Below, piece by piece: positions 1 through 14,089 of a DNA stretch of 64,000 nucleotides (positions are counted from its first letter, which is position 1; each line of letters begins with the position of its first letter). Below the pieces are notes generated by a model that was not told the origin of the DNA, ran no database searches, and saw only the letters and a program-made list of their open reading frames with translations. The stretch lies in assembly GCF_964204645.1 (NCBI RefSeq), contig NC_134028.1:5208001-5272000 (forward strand), given 5' to 3'. The stretch comes from Tubulanus polymorphus (Eukaryota > Animalia > Nemertea). The translations under genes and the position numbers were made by a program.

Positions 1-359
1 AATTGCAACACAATTTTCCTTCTCTGTATTGGTGGCTATTTTCAGCATGAATCAATAGTTTCGCCCGAGCTAGTCTATATTATAGCTTCTTGTATCCCAT
101 GAGCATCTTGGCCATCTACTGACTTCCAAGGTCGCATAGATCAACAGAACAAGGAAAATGGAAGGCGGGATCTAAGTGGAAATATCTGATGAATCCCGAT
201 TTCACTGTGGAAAGATGAAACTATAACTAAAGAATGTTCCCTCCACCTCCTTCAGTTCGACACTTCACCGGTCCCATGTTGTCTGATGAGGTGTTTGCAG
301 TGACTGTCGTGGGAAGTAGTGCCATATTACAGCAGATTGATCGACTACCATAGGGACGA

Positions 360-650
360 CTGAAACATGGTTAGAGAAGTGAGCGAGTGGTTTGACTGGG
401 AAGCCACGAAATGGGTTCGAATCCTGTACATTGCCATAGTGTCCACTTATCCTAGCCTATCTCTACCCAGAAGTGAATGGGTACCGGGTCTGAAGGATGA
501 CTCCCAAGTGCCTAGCAGCTGCCCGGATGTTACTTCCAAGGGAGAGATCTGATAAATGGTTAAGTAGAGGTAATTATACATATCTAATTTAAAGCGCCGT
601 TGAACATAGTATCACAGTGAAAATGGCACTATAGAAATTAAATTCCTATT
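360..650 (+). mobile_element. tRNA-derived SINE with LINE2-like tail
   Basis: B-box GGTTCGAATCC (~414-424), central ctacccagaagtgaatgggtacc motif typical of SINE2 core domains, and 3' aaagcgccgttgaac...aaatggcactatagaaat tail. Boundaries approximate. Confidence 0.6.
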
Positions 651-780
651 TCTAAATGATTACACCAAAGCATGAATTCTAAGTAGAGCTCAAAAGGAAA
701 ACAGACAAAAATACATCCTTAAAACTTAAAGTTTTACTTTTATTCATTCAATTGTTTTTACAATGTAACTTCATGGAGGC

Positions 781-3175
781 TCACACTTTAGCTTTCTTTG
801 ACCCACGTTTTTGTGCTATGATATTTTTCTTTTTAGAAAATTTCTTCTGAGTCTTTTTATCAATGAGTTTCGAGTTCTTTTTCACGCCCTTTTTCGGTCT
901 GATGGATTTCTTAGTCTTGGGAGTCGTTAATGCGACGGTTTTCTTAGATTTCTTCTGCACTCGTCCGCCAACCTTTCGAGGCTTATCCAAGGCTAAACCA
1001 TCTGGTTTCATCAACGGTTTCACTTGCGTCACAATCTTTTCCACGCCAGATTTATCCATGACTTTTGTCTGCTTTATGATGTCAATACGTCCGGACGGAT
1101 AAACTTTCACTTTTCCTCCCGTAATAGTCGTGACATCCTCTGCCTCAACCTCTTCTCTCGGTCGTTTTAACTTGTTCAAAACGATATCTGTAGGCTGAAC
1201 TACAAAATACACACAAGAAACTCCTATTGAAAGAATTGTTATTCTGGCTTATTCCAATTATTGATCGACTGGTATTGAGGTCCTACCTGCATTATAGTAA
1301 ACTGGTACCGAAGTCGAGTCAGTAGTCTTCAAATGCAGAGTTTTAATATTTACACCACCCCCGGGAATCTTCTCGCACAAACACTTGAACGCCGACAGTA
1401 CATTCTCAGTAATCTGTTCTTCCGTGTGTTTAGTATGGGCCACTTGTAACATGCTAAAAATATCATCGATCAACATATTCAATTCAAGTCATTCATATCT
1501 TCTGCTTCTTACTGTTACGATTAACTTACCACGTTGATCCTCTGCCACTAATGGTCAGAAGACCACTGCCAAGCGCTTCATCTATTTCCTTCTTCAAGTC
1601 TTTAGCTTTTAGATTGACGATTTTTGGGAATCTTGAAAGACACAAAGTTGACCGTTATAATGCAGCTATTCAGCATTACGCATAATTCATAGACGTAAAC
1701 AGCAGATTTACCTCTTTTTCGGGCAGAAAGTTTTGCCGATTCTCGCGTTGAGATGACGCACGATTCTGTCATCGGTTAGAAATAGATCATACATACTCAA
1801 CAGCCGTCTATGTGATTCAAACTCAGTGTATTCGGTCGATAATCCTTTCAACGGAATTATCTGAATAACAATTATACGAAACAAAGATGATTGATTTAAG
1901 ATTTAAACAGTTCTTTTGAATGCATTGATACGAAAGACATAAGCCTAAAAATATTGGATTATTCTGATAACTTTTAAAAAAATCCCTTTACAATATTGGT
2001 TCATTTTTACAGTGAAATCTTGCTACAACAAACTTCAGGGGAAAAGAAAATAATGTTCGTCATAACCAATAGTTCCTTATGTCCAGTAAGATATTACTGA
2101 AATTGTCTCATTATGGGGCAGAATTCTAGGTTTTTGATAACTGATAAACCGTTATAGCCGAAGTCGTTTTAACAAGATGCCAACATAAAAACCAAAAATA
2201 TTGGTAGAGTCACAAAAACTTTCTTACATCAATTTTGTCAGTTACATTTTTGCTGCGCAGTAATTCGGTGTAGTGATCTATAGTATCGTCGAGTTCACGT
2301 TTAGTGCTATCTAAATCTTTCACGAATAAACATACTGAAGTTGTGTCTGCTTTTAACGAATGCGGTAGCGGGCTAAAATAAAATAATAAAATATCGAATG
2401 AAACAAAGTATTATTTCAAGACAAGATAATATATTCCATCTGTATATTCTGAATTTACAGTCATCTCATACATAATGCCTTGATTGCCAGGATAAGTTGT
2501 CCACGAAGGGTATGAGTTGACCTGCTACCATATGCTGGAGTGGAATCTCTAGTTGGCAGAATATTGCGATGCCAGAATTTAACTTACACTTTTATGAGAA
2601 TATCTTTTGATCTCTTCGATTCGTAAACTTTATTGAATGAAATGCTCAACAGAATTTTGTTTGCGTCACCGGCAGCCAATAACAAATCGGTTTTAGTTTT
2701 TTTCTGAGCTAGCTTACAAACAGCGGCCACAGCTTGCCGTAACTACAATAAATTAATGAAAATAACAAAACCTTCACTGTTGTTGACTTGTCTTGTTGAA
2801 AAAATTGTAACAACCTTGATCATAACACAAGTGTAAAATATCAGTAGACACTTACCTGTGATTCGTCGATGTGGATGTCTCTTTTTTCATCTCCATTTTC
2901 TGACTGAAATGGAAGAAGATATGTACCGGTTTTCGTTATTCACTCTCGATGAGAACGACGCCGACGGTTTCGTTCGCTAAATAGATTGTCATACATCACT
3001 TCTAACTGGATTTAGGCTAATAATTTAAGATCAGAAGCGCTACAAAAACTTTTGAAATATATATTTACAACTGGTCAAATGAAAGAGAAAGCATTTTGGG
3101 CCTTACACATAAATACAGCCATAAAGAATCAGTTACCTTTGCAGTTTTCTCCACGTGAATATTTCCTTTAGCCAT
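781..3175 (-). CDS. RSL1D1: Ribosomal L1 domain-containing protein 1 (multi-exon)
   Basis: Spliced reading: MAKGNIHVEKTAK (3175-3137) / SENGDEKRDIHIDESQ / LRQAVAAVCKLAQKK... / PLPHSLK..VCLFVKD / RLLSMYDLFLTDDRIVRHL..IGKTF / FPKIVNL / LHLKTTDSTSVPVY / Lys-rich tail ending at TGA 781-783. GT-AG introns keep frame. Confidence 0.88.
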
Positions 3176-3373
3176 GTTGGATTTACAAAAACTACATAGT
3201 TAAGTGCTGCCCCTATATACGTGATAAGCGGCGAATACTCGAACTAACTCGACAGCCCGATCTTCATACTGCGGATGGTGAGTAATGAAGTCCCTTGCCG
3301 CCGCCAGGCGGTGCATCGGTAGAAAATCATTTGACATATTTACTTCCTGGTTCGGGTCAGATGATGTAAATAT
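3176..3373. promoter_or_regulatory. Compact bidirectional promoter between RSL1D1 and the amine oxidase gene
   Basis: Divergent ATGs ~200 bp apart; CpG-richer segment; ETS-like ACTTCCTG (~3343). Confidence 0.6.
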
Positions 3374-3382
3374 ATGCTGAAA

Positions 3383-6300
3383 ATGGCAGAAAACACCAGT
3401 GAAACTGATGTTGTTATCGTCGGAGCTGGAATTGCCGGTCTCACCGCCGCGCATAACATCTACAAGAAGCATCCAACTGCACAAATCATCGTTTTAGAAG
3501 CAAATGGTCAGTTCACTTGTCATTTAGGGCCTGTATATTTAATTTTAACTAACAAGTCTCTGTCAGTCACATACTCCACTCTGTCCCTGTCAGTCACAAG
3601 TGTACTGTTTACATGAGTTGATAAACTAATAAATATTTGATATCCTTAGGCCGTGTTGGTGGACGTACGCTTACCGAAAAACTAAAAACAGCTGAGGGTA
3701 AAGATGCGTTTGACCTCGGAGCTCAATGGGTCGGCAGGTATTTGTATAGATATCATTATCGCTGGAGGTGATGGAACTGCATTGTTCACTTGTTGGGAAT
3801 GGTTCCAGGATTCGGGCGAGATGGAAAAATAGATTTTAAAACTTTGTTTTAACTTTCTTAAATTGCTGGGGATTAATTCAGCACTTAGTCTAAACTGTTG
3901 GGACTACTAACCCCAGGGTTCATGTCAAAAATGGTTTAACTGGAGTCCGCTCTACCGACTAATAGTTGAAATAACCCAAAACGATAACCTAAAACTTGTT
4001 GAAAAAAATCTGACTATGGTAGTACTGATAATGGTTTGCTGGATGCTAAGTGTATGTTCTGTTTGCAGCACTCAGACTGATGTTATGCAGCTAATCGATG
4101 AATTAAACTTAACTACATTTAATCAATATCATACCGGCATTAAATGTATGATTCTTGGTCAAAACGGAAAAGTTAGACACTACAAGTCTGATATACCTTC
4201 ACTGAGCTTGTTAGGATTATGGGACTTGCACCGTTGCATATCGAAGGTGACTGATTACGCTTAAGCTTATGGCTAACCCTAACCCCGATGTAGTTCCACA
4301 GCTATTCTTTAGAAATATATGAAAAAATGATGTACCGGATCTACCGGCAATAGTAACTTTAACAATGGATTCAAATTTATAACTCAGTTTAGTTCACTGA
4401 AAAATGATTTTGGAGATCCTCTTTTCCAAACTTAAATTTGTAGTTTGCAAATGCTTTTGTCATGCTGTGGAACTGGCTGGATCCTTATCTTTCTTAAATG
4501 TGCTCTTTTTCATCTCATCTTAAAGCTTGATATAATTATGTTTAATTCATATTTTTCTTACTTGTCCTAGTAAAGTCTATCATCTTATCATCTTATTTCT
4601 TTGCTTAAATCGTTTCTTTACTTCCTAGTAAAGTCTATCATCTTATTTCTTTACTTAAGCACCAGGCACTTCACTGCATTGCATTTAGAGTAAATCTTTT
4701 TACCGAATTGTGGATATTACCTGTACCAGTGCTAAATTTTATGTGTAATTGATGTTTTACTACCGGTAGATTGAAAGCATGTCCAAACAGATTCCACTGG
4801 AAGACCCAAGTAAATGTATCCATGCAGCTGAATGGGACGCCATTAGCTTTGCTGCTTTCAAACAGCAACTGTTTTGGACTCGAGGTATTTATTTACGCGG
4901 GTAGTTGATGATTGGCATACTGGTAGTTAAAGTCAGTCGGTACATAGACTTGTGGCATCTGTGATACTGTATCTACAGCCTATTTTAACAGTTATGTCCA
5001 ACTCTTGTCTTAAATTGAAAGAATGGCTTTGAATCATTAGATTGGTTATAGTAGCTGAAATGGCTAAATCTGCAGATCTATGGCAAGATTTGACTGCAAT
5101 TTCTAACAATTCTGCACCAGGGTTACACTATTTTAGATGTGAGATTTTGTGATTTTTCATGATAGAGGCACATGATACAATTGATGCTGCATGCAGGTGT
5201 ATGTATGGAATGGAAACCAGTCAGATATCTCTGCTGTATTTTCTCACATATTGCGCTGCAGCCGGTGGAGTGAGGACACTAACTGAGGCCGGCGAAGGTT
5301 CAGCACAAGAAATGAAAATTAAGGTGATCTATATTTTGTTGTTTGACTAGTATTCAACGATGTTAGTTAACTGCAAACAACTGGTTCCTGATATTTCGTC
5401 TTTCTGATGTTTCATCTATACTCTAATTCTGTAGATTATAAATGCTGGTATTCATAAATGAATGGGTTGTATGTAACTCTTTTTCGCCAGGGTGGAGCTC
5501 AACAGATTTCATCGAGATTAATGGATCGAATCGGTACAGAAAAAGTCTTGCTTAATCAACCGGTGTCAACGATTGTTCAGGTGATTATATCTTCAGAAAA
5601 TCTTTTGAATTCTATTTAGAAATGGACGGTTTAATACTGAAAATGTTTTTTTTGCAAATAGGATTCTGCTGGTGTGACCATACAAACGAAATCTGGGGAC
5701 ACATTCCATTGCAAGAGAGCAATATTAGCTATTCCTCCATGTCAAATAAGTAAGTCTATTCAAATTACGTGCATCGCAAATGGTATTAAGTCACAAAAAA
5801 TCATGTAATTTATACAAACTGATATCTCTTATTATCTCATTCAGATAAAATCGATTTTGAACCCGAACTTCCAGATGTAAAGAAGTACCTTATCAACAGA
5901 GCTCCTATGGGCAATTTGATTAAAATTATTATCACATATGATAAGGTATTTATCTAACTTAGAAAGTTTGAAGGACGGACCTCATGTTTGTTGCATGTCG
6001 TAATTTTCTGACTTATTCTTTCGTTTCAGGCATTCTGGCGTGATGCAGGATATTCCGGTGAAATCGTAACAAATGGTGGTAAATCAGTAGTAAATGGCTG
6101 TGATGCAGGTCCGTTGTGTATTGTGTATGATAATACATCAGCGATAGGAAGTCCATCAATCGTAGCATTCATCGGAGGAGACCAGGCTTTACACTGGAGA
6201 AATACTACTGTAAGTTTCACTATTGAATCCATTCAATTGAAATAGAATACAGTCGCTATTCTGGCATGTTAGGATACTGAAAATCAGTGTTCTCCACATG

Positions 6301-7428
6301 TTGGAATTTTAAAGGGCATTTACTGCATTATTGTATGTAGTGTATGTGTATGTATGTAGAAAATTAAGCTAAATTTTGGTGTTGTGCTAAATGTTCTTTT
6401 TTCACTCACAATAGCTCAATATATTATAAAGCAATTATCAGCATTGATAGAATATTGACATCCACTCTGGTAAGGGCAGCAGATATTTCAAAGGGGTTTC
6501 TGATGTTCAGAGGGGTGGGTGTAAAATAGTCAGTAACCTGTCTGTGGTTTAGTTTCACGATCGGATATTTTCACGATAAGCCCATCTGGTTATAAAAAGC
6601 TTACCACCAACGATTAGGTAACTAACTAAGTGTATAAGTGAAAGCTAGCCGCACCTCTAAAACCTGTTGCGGAGAACACTGAAAATATCTTCATCCTCGC
6701 CTCCATTATAATGTTCCATTCTTTGATACAGGATACAGTAAGAAAAGAAGCAGTTTTGGCTGGACTCGAATCTTGTTTTGGTCGAGCTGCGTTGAATTAT
6801 GTGCAATATATAGAGAAGGATTGGGCTAATGAAATGTATGTAGGAGGTTGTCCTACCACGTCGGTATGTGTTGGTGCAATGACGTATTTTGCTAAAGGAT
6901 TACGCCAACCGTTTAACAGGTCAGTAAATCAGAGAAATCAATCTATATACCGGTTGATGTTTTGCTTTAATGATAGACCATAGGGAGTCTTTCCTAGATT
7001 AATATCTATCATAAAATCTATTGAGAAAGTCAGATGTTTTTCATAGGATACATTTTGCTGGTACGGAATCAGCTGTGCGCTGGTGTGGCTATATGAGTGG
7101 TGCAGTACAATCAGGAAACAGAGCTGCAAATGAGGTTTGTTTTTATAAGCGACTTCGACCAGATGGAAATTTACTGTGATTAAGTAAATGTAATTAACGA
7201 TTGGCTGTGTTGTTGTAGGTGCTGTTCCATTTGAAACCGGATGTTTTAACGAAAGAAGAACGCGAACACGTAAAAGATTCGTTGCTTCCGCAAAAACAAA
7301 GCAATCGACGCGTTTCATTGGTTGAGAAAGTCGTCGGACACCATGTATTCAGATGGACGATCGGTATTGGTTCGGTTTGCGTATTACTCGTCATCGCTAA
7401 GAAGGCGTATTTCAGAATCGCTCTGTAA
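3383..7428 (+). CDS. Flavin-containing monoamine oxidase-like (MAO/AofH family), ~12 exons
   Basis: FAD motif [82 protein letters not shown] and a hydrophobic C-terminal tail. Alternative in-frame ATG at 3374. Confidence 0.9.
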
Positions 7429-7970
7429 TCCCCTAAATCTTCTCCCTCGTTCCTTGATTGAAAATTATATTCCCTACGTCGATGAAATCCTCAGTGCGTG
7501 GATTCCCAATGACTCTAAACTCATTAATATTAGCTTATCTGCTTGAAATTAGTTTTAGTCCCAACTCAACGGAGTAAAACAGTCTACTCTATGTTTGCAG
7601 TCTATCAAATGATCGAAAATATACACAACAGATAAATGAAATACGTGGTAGCGATCTATGATTCGAATATAGTCTTGTTATAGATGAAACTAGCGCCAGT
7701 CGCTAGTTATGCAGATTAGACATGCGTGTATTATTTTTAATGTTGTTAGTAACTTTTAATTTATTAATCTTTGTAGTACCGGTATTCATTTACAAAATGT
7801 GTAATGTGTTAAAGTTTTATTCAAACTACATATAATGAACAAACTATTTATTATAAAGATTTTTTAAAAACTTGTTAAATTATTTAGAGTTGCGTAATGG
7901 GCATAGGAACAATATTTACATCTACTTAATAGTTGTTGTACTCCATCTGTCTAAATTGTATTCAAACATG

Positions 7971-8172
7971 TATCAATTTGCAGTCTGGACCAACAATACT
8001 GTATGAAGTCTGGTACTGTTTTTAAGTGTAGAGTCTGGCATTTGAAGTCTAGTTCATTTTTAATTCAAATCTGCCTGGCGAGGCCTGAACTCGTGACATA
8101 AAAAGATTGTTTAAAGTGGTTGGAAAGTATTGAGTGTCTGAGGGGCTTATTGGTCCAGACTGCAGATTGATA
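7971..8172. mobile_element. MITE downstream of / in the 3' UTR of the amine oxidase gene
   Basis: Terminal inverted repeats tatcaatttgcagtctggacca ... tggtccagactgcagattgata. Confidence 0.6.
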
Positions 8173-8639
8173 TCTCATGTCCCTATATTTTACTTATACA
8201 AATTCTATATCCTCCATTAACAATTATGCAATTAAAATCAGGGCATAGGGCTTCGTATACTAGACCCCTTACATAATTCCTATTTATGTGGTATTTACCA
8301 TTAGGCTAGTATGTATAATAGGGCTCTCAAACAATTTTTTATTTTTAATATCTGGAGATTGTACTTAAAATGATATGCATTTTTTAGATAACATTGTATC
8401 AAATTGTTAGGAACAGACTGTTGTTGCTGTTGTGAAACTTCAATAAATAAAATGGTTGATTTTTGCAAATGTTTTGAGGATTTAGTTTGTTGGCAGTCGA
8501 AATAAGTAGTGGTAACTTTCTTAGGATCCCGATTCTAATTGTCTCTGCTGTTGTTTTCTGTCATTCAACTTGTCAAGGACTCCAGACCTAAGGATCCATC
8601 ACACATCAGCCGCTTTCCTTTGAACCCTGGCTAGTTTTA

Positions 8640-9110
8640 AATGACCCAAAGTCCCGGGTGGAGGGTAAAGACATCCATAAGACACAAAGTAGAATCAGCT
8701 CTTATTTGTAAAACTTTCGAAATCCAACTTATCTACCATCTCCGACTACATAATCAATTATTATCTAGAGATATCATCATCATGATCTCTACTAGATTTT
8801 GGTTTATGTCACTGTCACACTGCTTTCTCCGTCCTCTTCTACTCCCCCCCCCCCCCCCCATTACATAATTTGTATTCATCCTGAACTGTTCATATCTTGT
8901 GGTTTCTACGGTACCGGTACCGCTGGTTTTCATTTGTCACTTGTTCTGTTAACATGTACACATAGCTTCTTTTGTTTATGTCCTGTCAGTTTATATGCTA
9001 CGTAACTTCCGTTTTCTGGTCATTCTACCTGATGATGGCTGTTAGTCAACAGTCGAAACGTTGTGGTTGGTTTCGTTTTAACAGATTATTTCATATAAAA
9101 TTCGAATCGT
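8640..9110 (+). mobile_element. Decayed Penelope-like element 3' end
   Basis: RHKVESALI...YHL..HNQLL resembles the C-terminus of PLE GIY-YIG endonucleases and is followed by a T-rich UTR and a minimal hammerhead. Confidence 0.45.
9025..9066 (+). ncRNA. Minimal type I hammerhead ribozyme
   Basis: CTAC-CTGATGA-t-GGCTGTT-agtc-AACAGTC-GAAAC-GTT-GTGG: both catalytic core boxes, a 7 bp stem II, a 4 bp stem I and a palindromic loopless stem III (ACGT). Confidence 0.72.
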
Positions 9111-10125
9111 GCGACTTTTTCCGTCAACAACTGTCAACGGGCCCAGTGTAATGTGCAAAGTCGTATTGGTTTTGCCATTGAATCACATAATCATGTCTTC
9201 CGAACGTGTAAGTTTGCCAGCGGACCAGTTGGTGGGAACATTTATTGGGTTGAAAAAAAGAAGTACATTGCAAGAATAAAACACAGGGGCTCGTATCAGA
9301 GTTTTAGGTAGTATAAAAACTGTTGATTAACACACACTGGATTAACAGATTATCTTTTTTACACTACCTACAACTCCATTGGGATCCCCGGGTGAAACTG
9401 ATTGGCCAACAGCAATGCCCACCGCCCAGTTTGATAAAAAGGTTTAACACTTAAATCGATTTAATTTCTTCACTAATTCAGTTTGTCTTAAATCGATTTA
9501 GGCCTTTATCCAGGAGTTGCTATATTAAACTTAACAAATTTCAAAATCAATCATATTTAACCCCTGTGAAGCTGGCTCCCGGTTCCCGGTTCCTTATTCG
9601 GCTCCCGATTCAAAATGCTATTGAACCGGGAGCCGAATCGGGAACCGGGAACCGGGAGCCGGCTACTGGTTCAGCTCCCGATTCAAAATGCTTTTGAACC
9701 GGGAGCCGAATCGGGAACCGGGAACCGGGAGCCGGCTACTGGTTCAGCTCCCGATTCAAAATGCTTTTGAACCGGGAGCCGAATCGGGAACCGGGAACCG
9801 GGAGCCGGCTACTGGTTCAGCTCCCGATTCAAAATGTGAAGCTGGCTACTTATTCGCCAGGTGGCGCTGGTATACACTATGCCGTAGTCCAGACATTTTA
9901 CGTAACTATGTCTACTCTGCTGATAAACAAACTCGACCTCGACCTTGACAACAAATCGCCAGGTGATGGCGCGAGCCAATCCAGACGTCTAAACACGATT
10001 GCGTATGCGACCGCGAGAGCGGTCAGCTGTAGCTTCACTTCAGGATAGAACGATAACCACACTCAAACGTGGTGAACGGATAACAACAAATTTTTTAGAT
10101 TCAATAAATAAATTCTTGTTTTTAC

Positions 10126-10558
<433 letters not shown>

Positions 10559-12844
10559 CGAATATTCATTACACTCCAATCACTTCTATGGTATATGGAG
10601 GAGGGAAAACAGCATTCATTTAGGAGGTAAATGTAAACGTATCTTAGAACATAACAAACATTATTTACGGAACATACTATTTACATATTACCCATTGGAT
10701 TCATATACATCTAAAGGTGTCCCCCCTTTCGAGTTTAGAACATTTATATTCCGTGGTATTATACCGGTACCTTCTGAAACATGGCCATGGCCGCGACTGC
10801 ACATCAATACCCGGCATTGCGATTTTCCGTGTTACACTTATATATAAAACATGTACAACGAAAGGTAAACGGAGATCGGGAAAACACAAACAATGAACGC
10901 TTTTACGGTTCGCAGCGCTTTTACGGCCGCAAAATGTGATCTACCGATCTCAGAAAAATTATGTGACCCAAGCCTCAATAACCCTCATCCCCCCTAAATC
11001 TCTACATATTTCCACTGCTCTCTGGAATGATGAGATAAAAGAATAGAAATCGACATCAGTAGCACCAAAGCTAACCGTACCATTTTTTCTCACTACTTGA
11101 AATAAACTATGCGCAAAGCCAGAGAAAAATTTGCGATTTAGAGAGAGATAAATACAATGCAACACTCATCATCGATTCGATACAGCAGTTGCAGGCCTAT
11201 TTGAATACTTGTAGTAAAGCGCGGTCGATTGATGCGCGCGGGCAGTATCTTATCTTCAAGCACAAAACTATCGTATTATTTCCAATAATTAATTGTTACA
11301 TGTTTACACTCTTTGCGTAAAAGTAACGACACATCTGAATTTCTTCCGGAAAGCTTCCTAAAATTCTTCCTAAAATTAGGTGACAATTGGAACTATTTAA
11401 TTTCGCGCATTGAAACATACATACGCTTTAAGCGGCGTGATCAGTACGCACAATAGGGAGCATTTATTGATTGCTAGAAAAGCGATAAAGCGACTCAACT
11501 TGTCGTTTTGTATTGCTATAATACTTAACACTGCATTTTCACATTTGTGATCATACGTACTAATTTCCCCTGGAGCGGTGCCCCGGCAACAGTGCGTCAG
11601 CAACAGGTGGGATTCTCACGCGTATCTCATTGAGCGGTGATGAGTGATAACAGATATCAATTTCTTCACACGGTCAGCTTTTCCGATATCAAAATAGTAG
11701 GTCAGCATCATTGCTTGGTGACGTAGCTACGATAGTCCCAGTTGATTGTGTCATCACGTCTGGCGCAACCTCGGAAATCCTATCGATGACAGACACTGTC
11801 CAATAAACATCGGATCGCCTCTCTGGCGCCATACTTGCCTGGGTTTGATTGCAGCCCACCGAAACTCTTGCTTCAGCGTCTCAAACGTTTTTTCTTTTGG
11901 CCACATGGCCAATGAATTGTACTTTTCGTGATTGATAAACGCAATGCTTATTTCGCAAAGGAATGATAACTTATAAATGCGTCGTTCATTTATTCTTCAC
12001 TTTGTTTACACAGTTCACCAAACTCACTGTTGCTTTTTTCACGGTATGTCGGTGATAAACCTAAGCACGTATGCGCTCTCTAGCGTATACAATTGATATA
12101 TACGTATCCAATTGATAGTCATAATTTGTTCCCTCTTATATATCACGGCTATATGATGCACCCACGTTTATCATATCATATACGATGGCACCAAAAATAC
12201 TTTAGAAATCATTAATTTAAAAAATCTTAAATACCCCTTTTAAATGAATAGAAACTGAGTAAACAGTAAGCTTTCAACAGAGATGACGTCAGGAACACCT
12301 GCACACATCTAGATACAGTGAGCACCTGCTCAAACTGCCGATTTATAAGTGTATTTCAGGAAATGACTGAAATGATAATCAGTAGCATATTATAACTTGT
12401 GAACATATTAATTCATAGAAAACGTATGACATGATATTCTATTAATTGTACATGTGCCCTTTAAGCAAGTAGAATCAACATCGCGGATTGAATCCTTCAT
12501 TGTAAAGGAGACATGCTGAAACTTCACTATCATTAAGTTCCAAACTTTGTTTTTTTCATTCCAGAAATTATATAACTATGCCTTTAAAATTCCAATAAAT
12601 CGACCCTCTAAACCTTCGACCTTCATTATATATGACTCATCAACGATATTCGAGATATATCAAAAATTTTGAAATTATGTACTTTTACAAAGGAATTCCG
12701 TTGGTAGTAATAAGTTGGAAAACTGTTCCGATTTGACTTTTTTTACTAAAACACCCTAAATCGATTCGGCGCTATGGTTTAAGTTACAGCGCATCATCAA
12801 ATACATCGAAAAACCAACCGATGACCTCTCGTAACATCTCTATT

Positions 12845-13122
12845 CATGGCCGTCGGAACAGGGGCGGCAGGGGCGGCCAAAGCCGCCCCACTTTTTTGCT
12901 TAACAAAATATTTTTCAAAAGCACGCTGAACCGCGTATCAGCTCGTCGTTCTCTGTACTAGGTGGTTGGCTCACGGCTTCTCGTGCTTCTGTGAGTGAGA
13001 CCGTGAAATGGCCCCAAAACGCATCTCCGGCGATTGAATTTTCAAAATTTTTCTAGGGGAGGGCCCCTAAACCCCCTTCAGAAATAAGCCTCGCCACTTA
13101 AAAATTCCTTCCGACGGCTCTG
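12845..13122. mobile_element. MITE nested in the Foldback-like element
   Basis: TIR catggccgtcggaa ... ttccgacggctctg, flanked by CTATT on both sides. Confidence 0.7.
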
Positions 13123-14089
13123 CTATTACCTTTTGACATTTCATTCGTTCCAGGTTTTCTATTCTCACATGGCGCGAGTATACGATATTCCTCAGTCCAG
13201 ACGTATTTACGTAACCATGTCTCGCCTGAGATAAGCGATAGCTAACCTGACCTCGGTCACTAGGCTAATCGAGACGTCTGCGTGTGCAGATTTCAGTAGT
13301 TTCACAGTTGCTATGCAACCACAGTAACCATTGAATTAGAATACATATGAATATATTTACCTACACTACAACCCTTTCTTCCAAATTATCCACATGTTTT
13401 CGTTTTCTAGTGTGTTATAATATTTACGGAAAATATAATACTCAACAAAAAAGGCGACTATAGGTATGTATATGTAGGTGATTCAGACGGTGGGCGGACG
13501 TCTCGATCGAACGCCTGTTTATTTGACGATGTCACAATTTTGATCTTGTTGATCGCATTTTCACCAGGGTCGGGTTTCGGGTTTCACGAAGGGGAATTTA
13601 AGCTCCCCCTTATTCCGGTGTGCATAATTAGCGACGGGGCTGGTCATTTTATTAATGATAGTTTTTTCATCGTATAGGAATAATGCAATAATTAATTTGG
13701 AATTAACTTCGGCGATAATTACAATTAATTACTTTTCCCTAATTAGCGTTTGTGAAAGAGATTAAATCATCGAATTCACTAACTAGAATAAAGCACTTTC
13801 AATTCGAATTATCACCTAAACCGGGCCCAGGGCATTAACCCATTTGGCTGTGGGAAAAACTACATATCACAAGTCACGCGTACAATCTATCTCGTAGCTT
13901 CATACACTCATATCGGAATGATGACGTAGTAGCAGCAGCTGGCAGTTTTTAAAAGGAAAGAAATTTCCGAGGATTTCGCTTATTTCACAAAACCTTCAAT
14001 GAATAAAAGAAGATATTATGAGTTGCTGAGTCAAAGTGCATGTCAACGCTCCGGGCAACGCTCGCGGTCAGCACACCTGGTTGCGCGAT

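Noticed and set aside
4552-4660. Short tandem duplication in an amine oxidase intron
   Set aside because: Ordinary slippage-type duplication with no further structure.
11640-11990. Minus-strand stretch SLAMWPKEKTFETLKQEF as a possible transposase relic inside the Foldback-like element
   Set aside because: Only a vague resemblance to Harbinger-type nucleases, with no DDE motifs readable; BLASTx would be needed.
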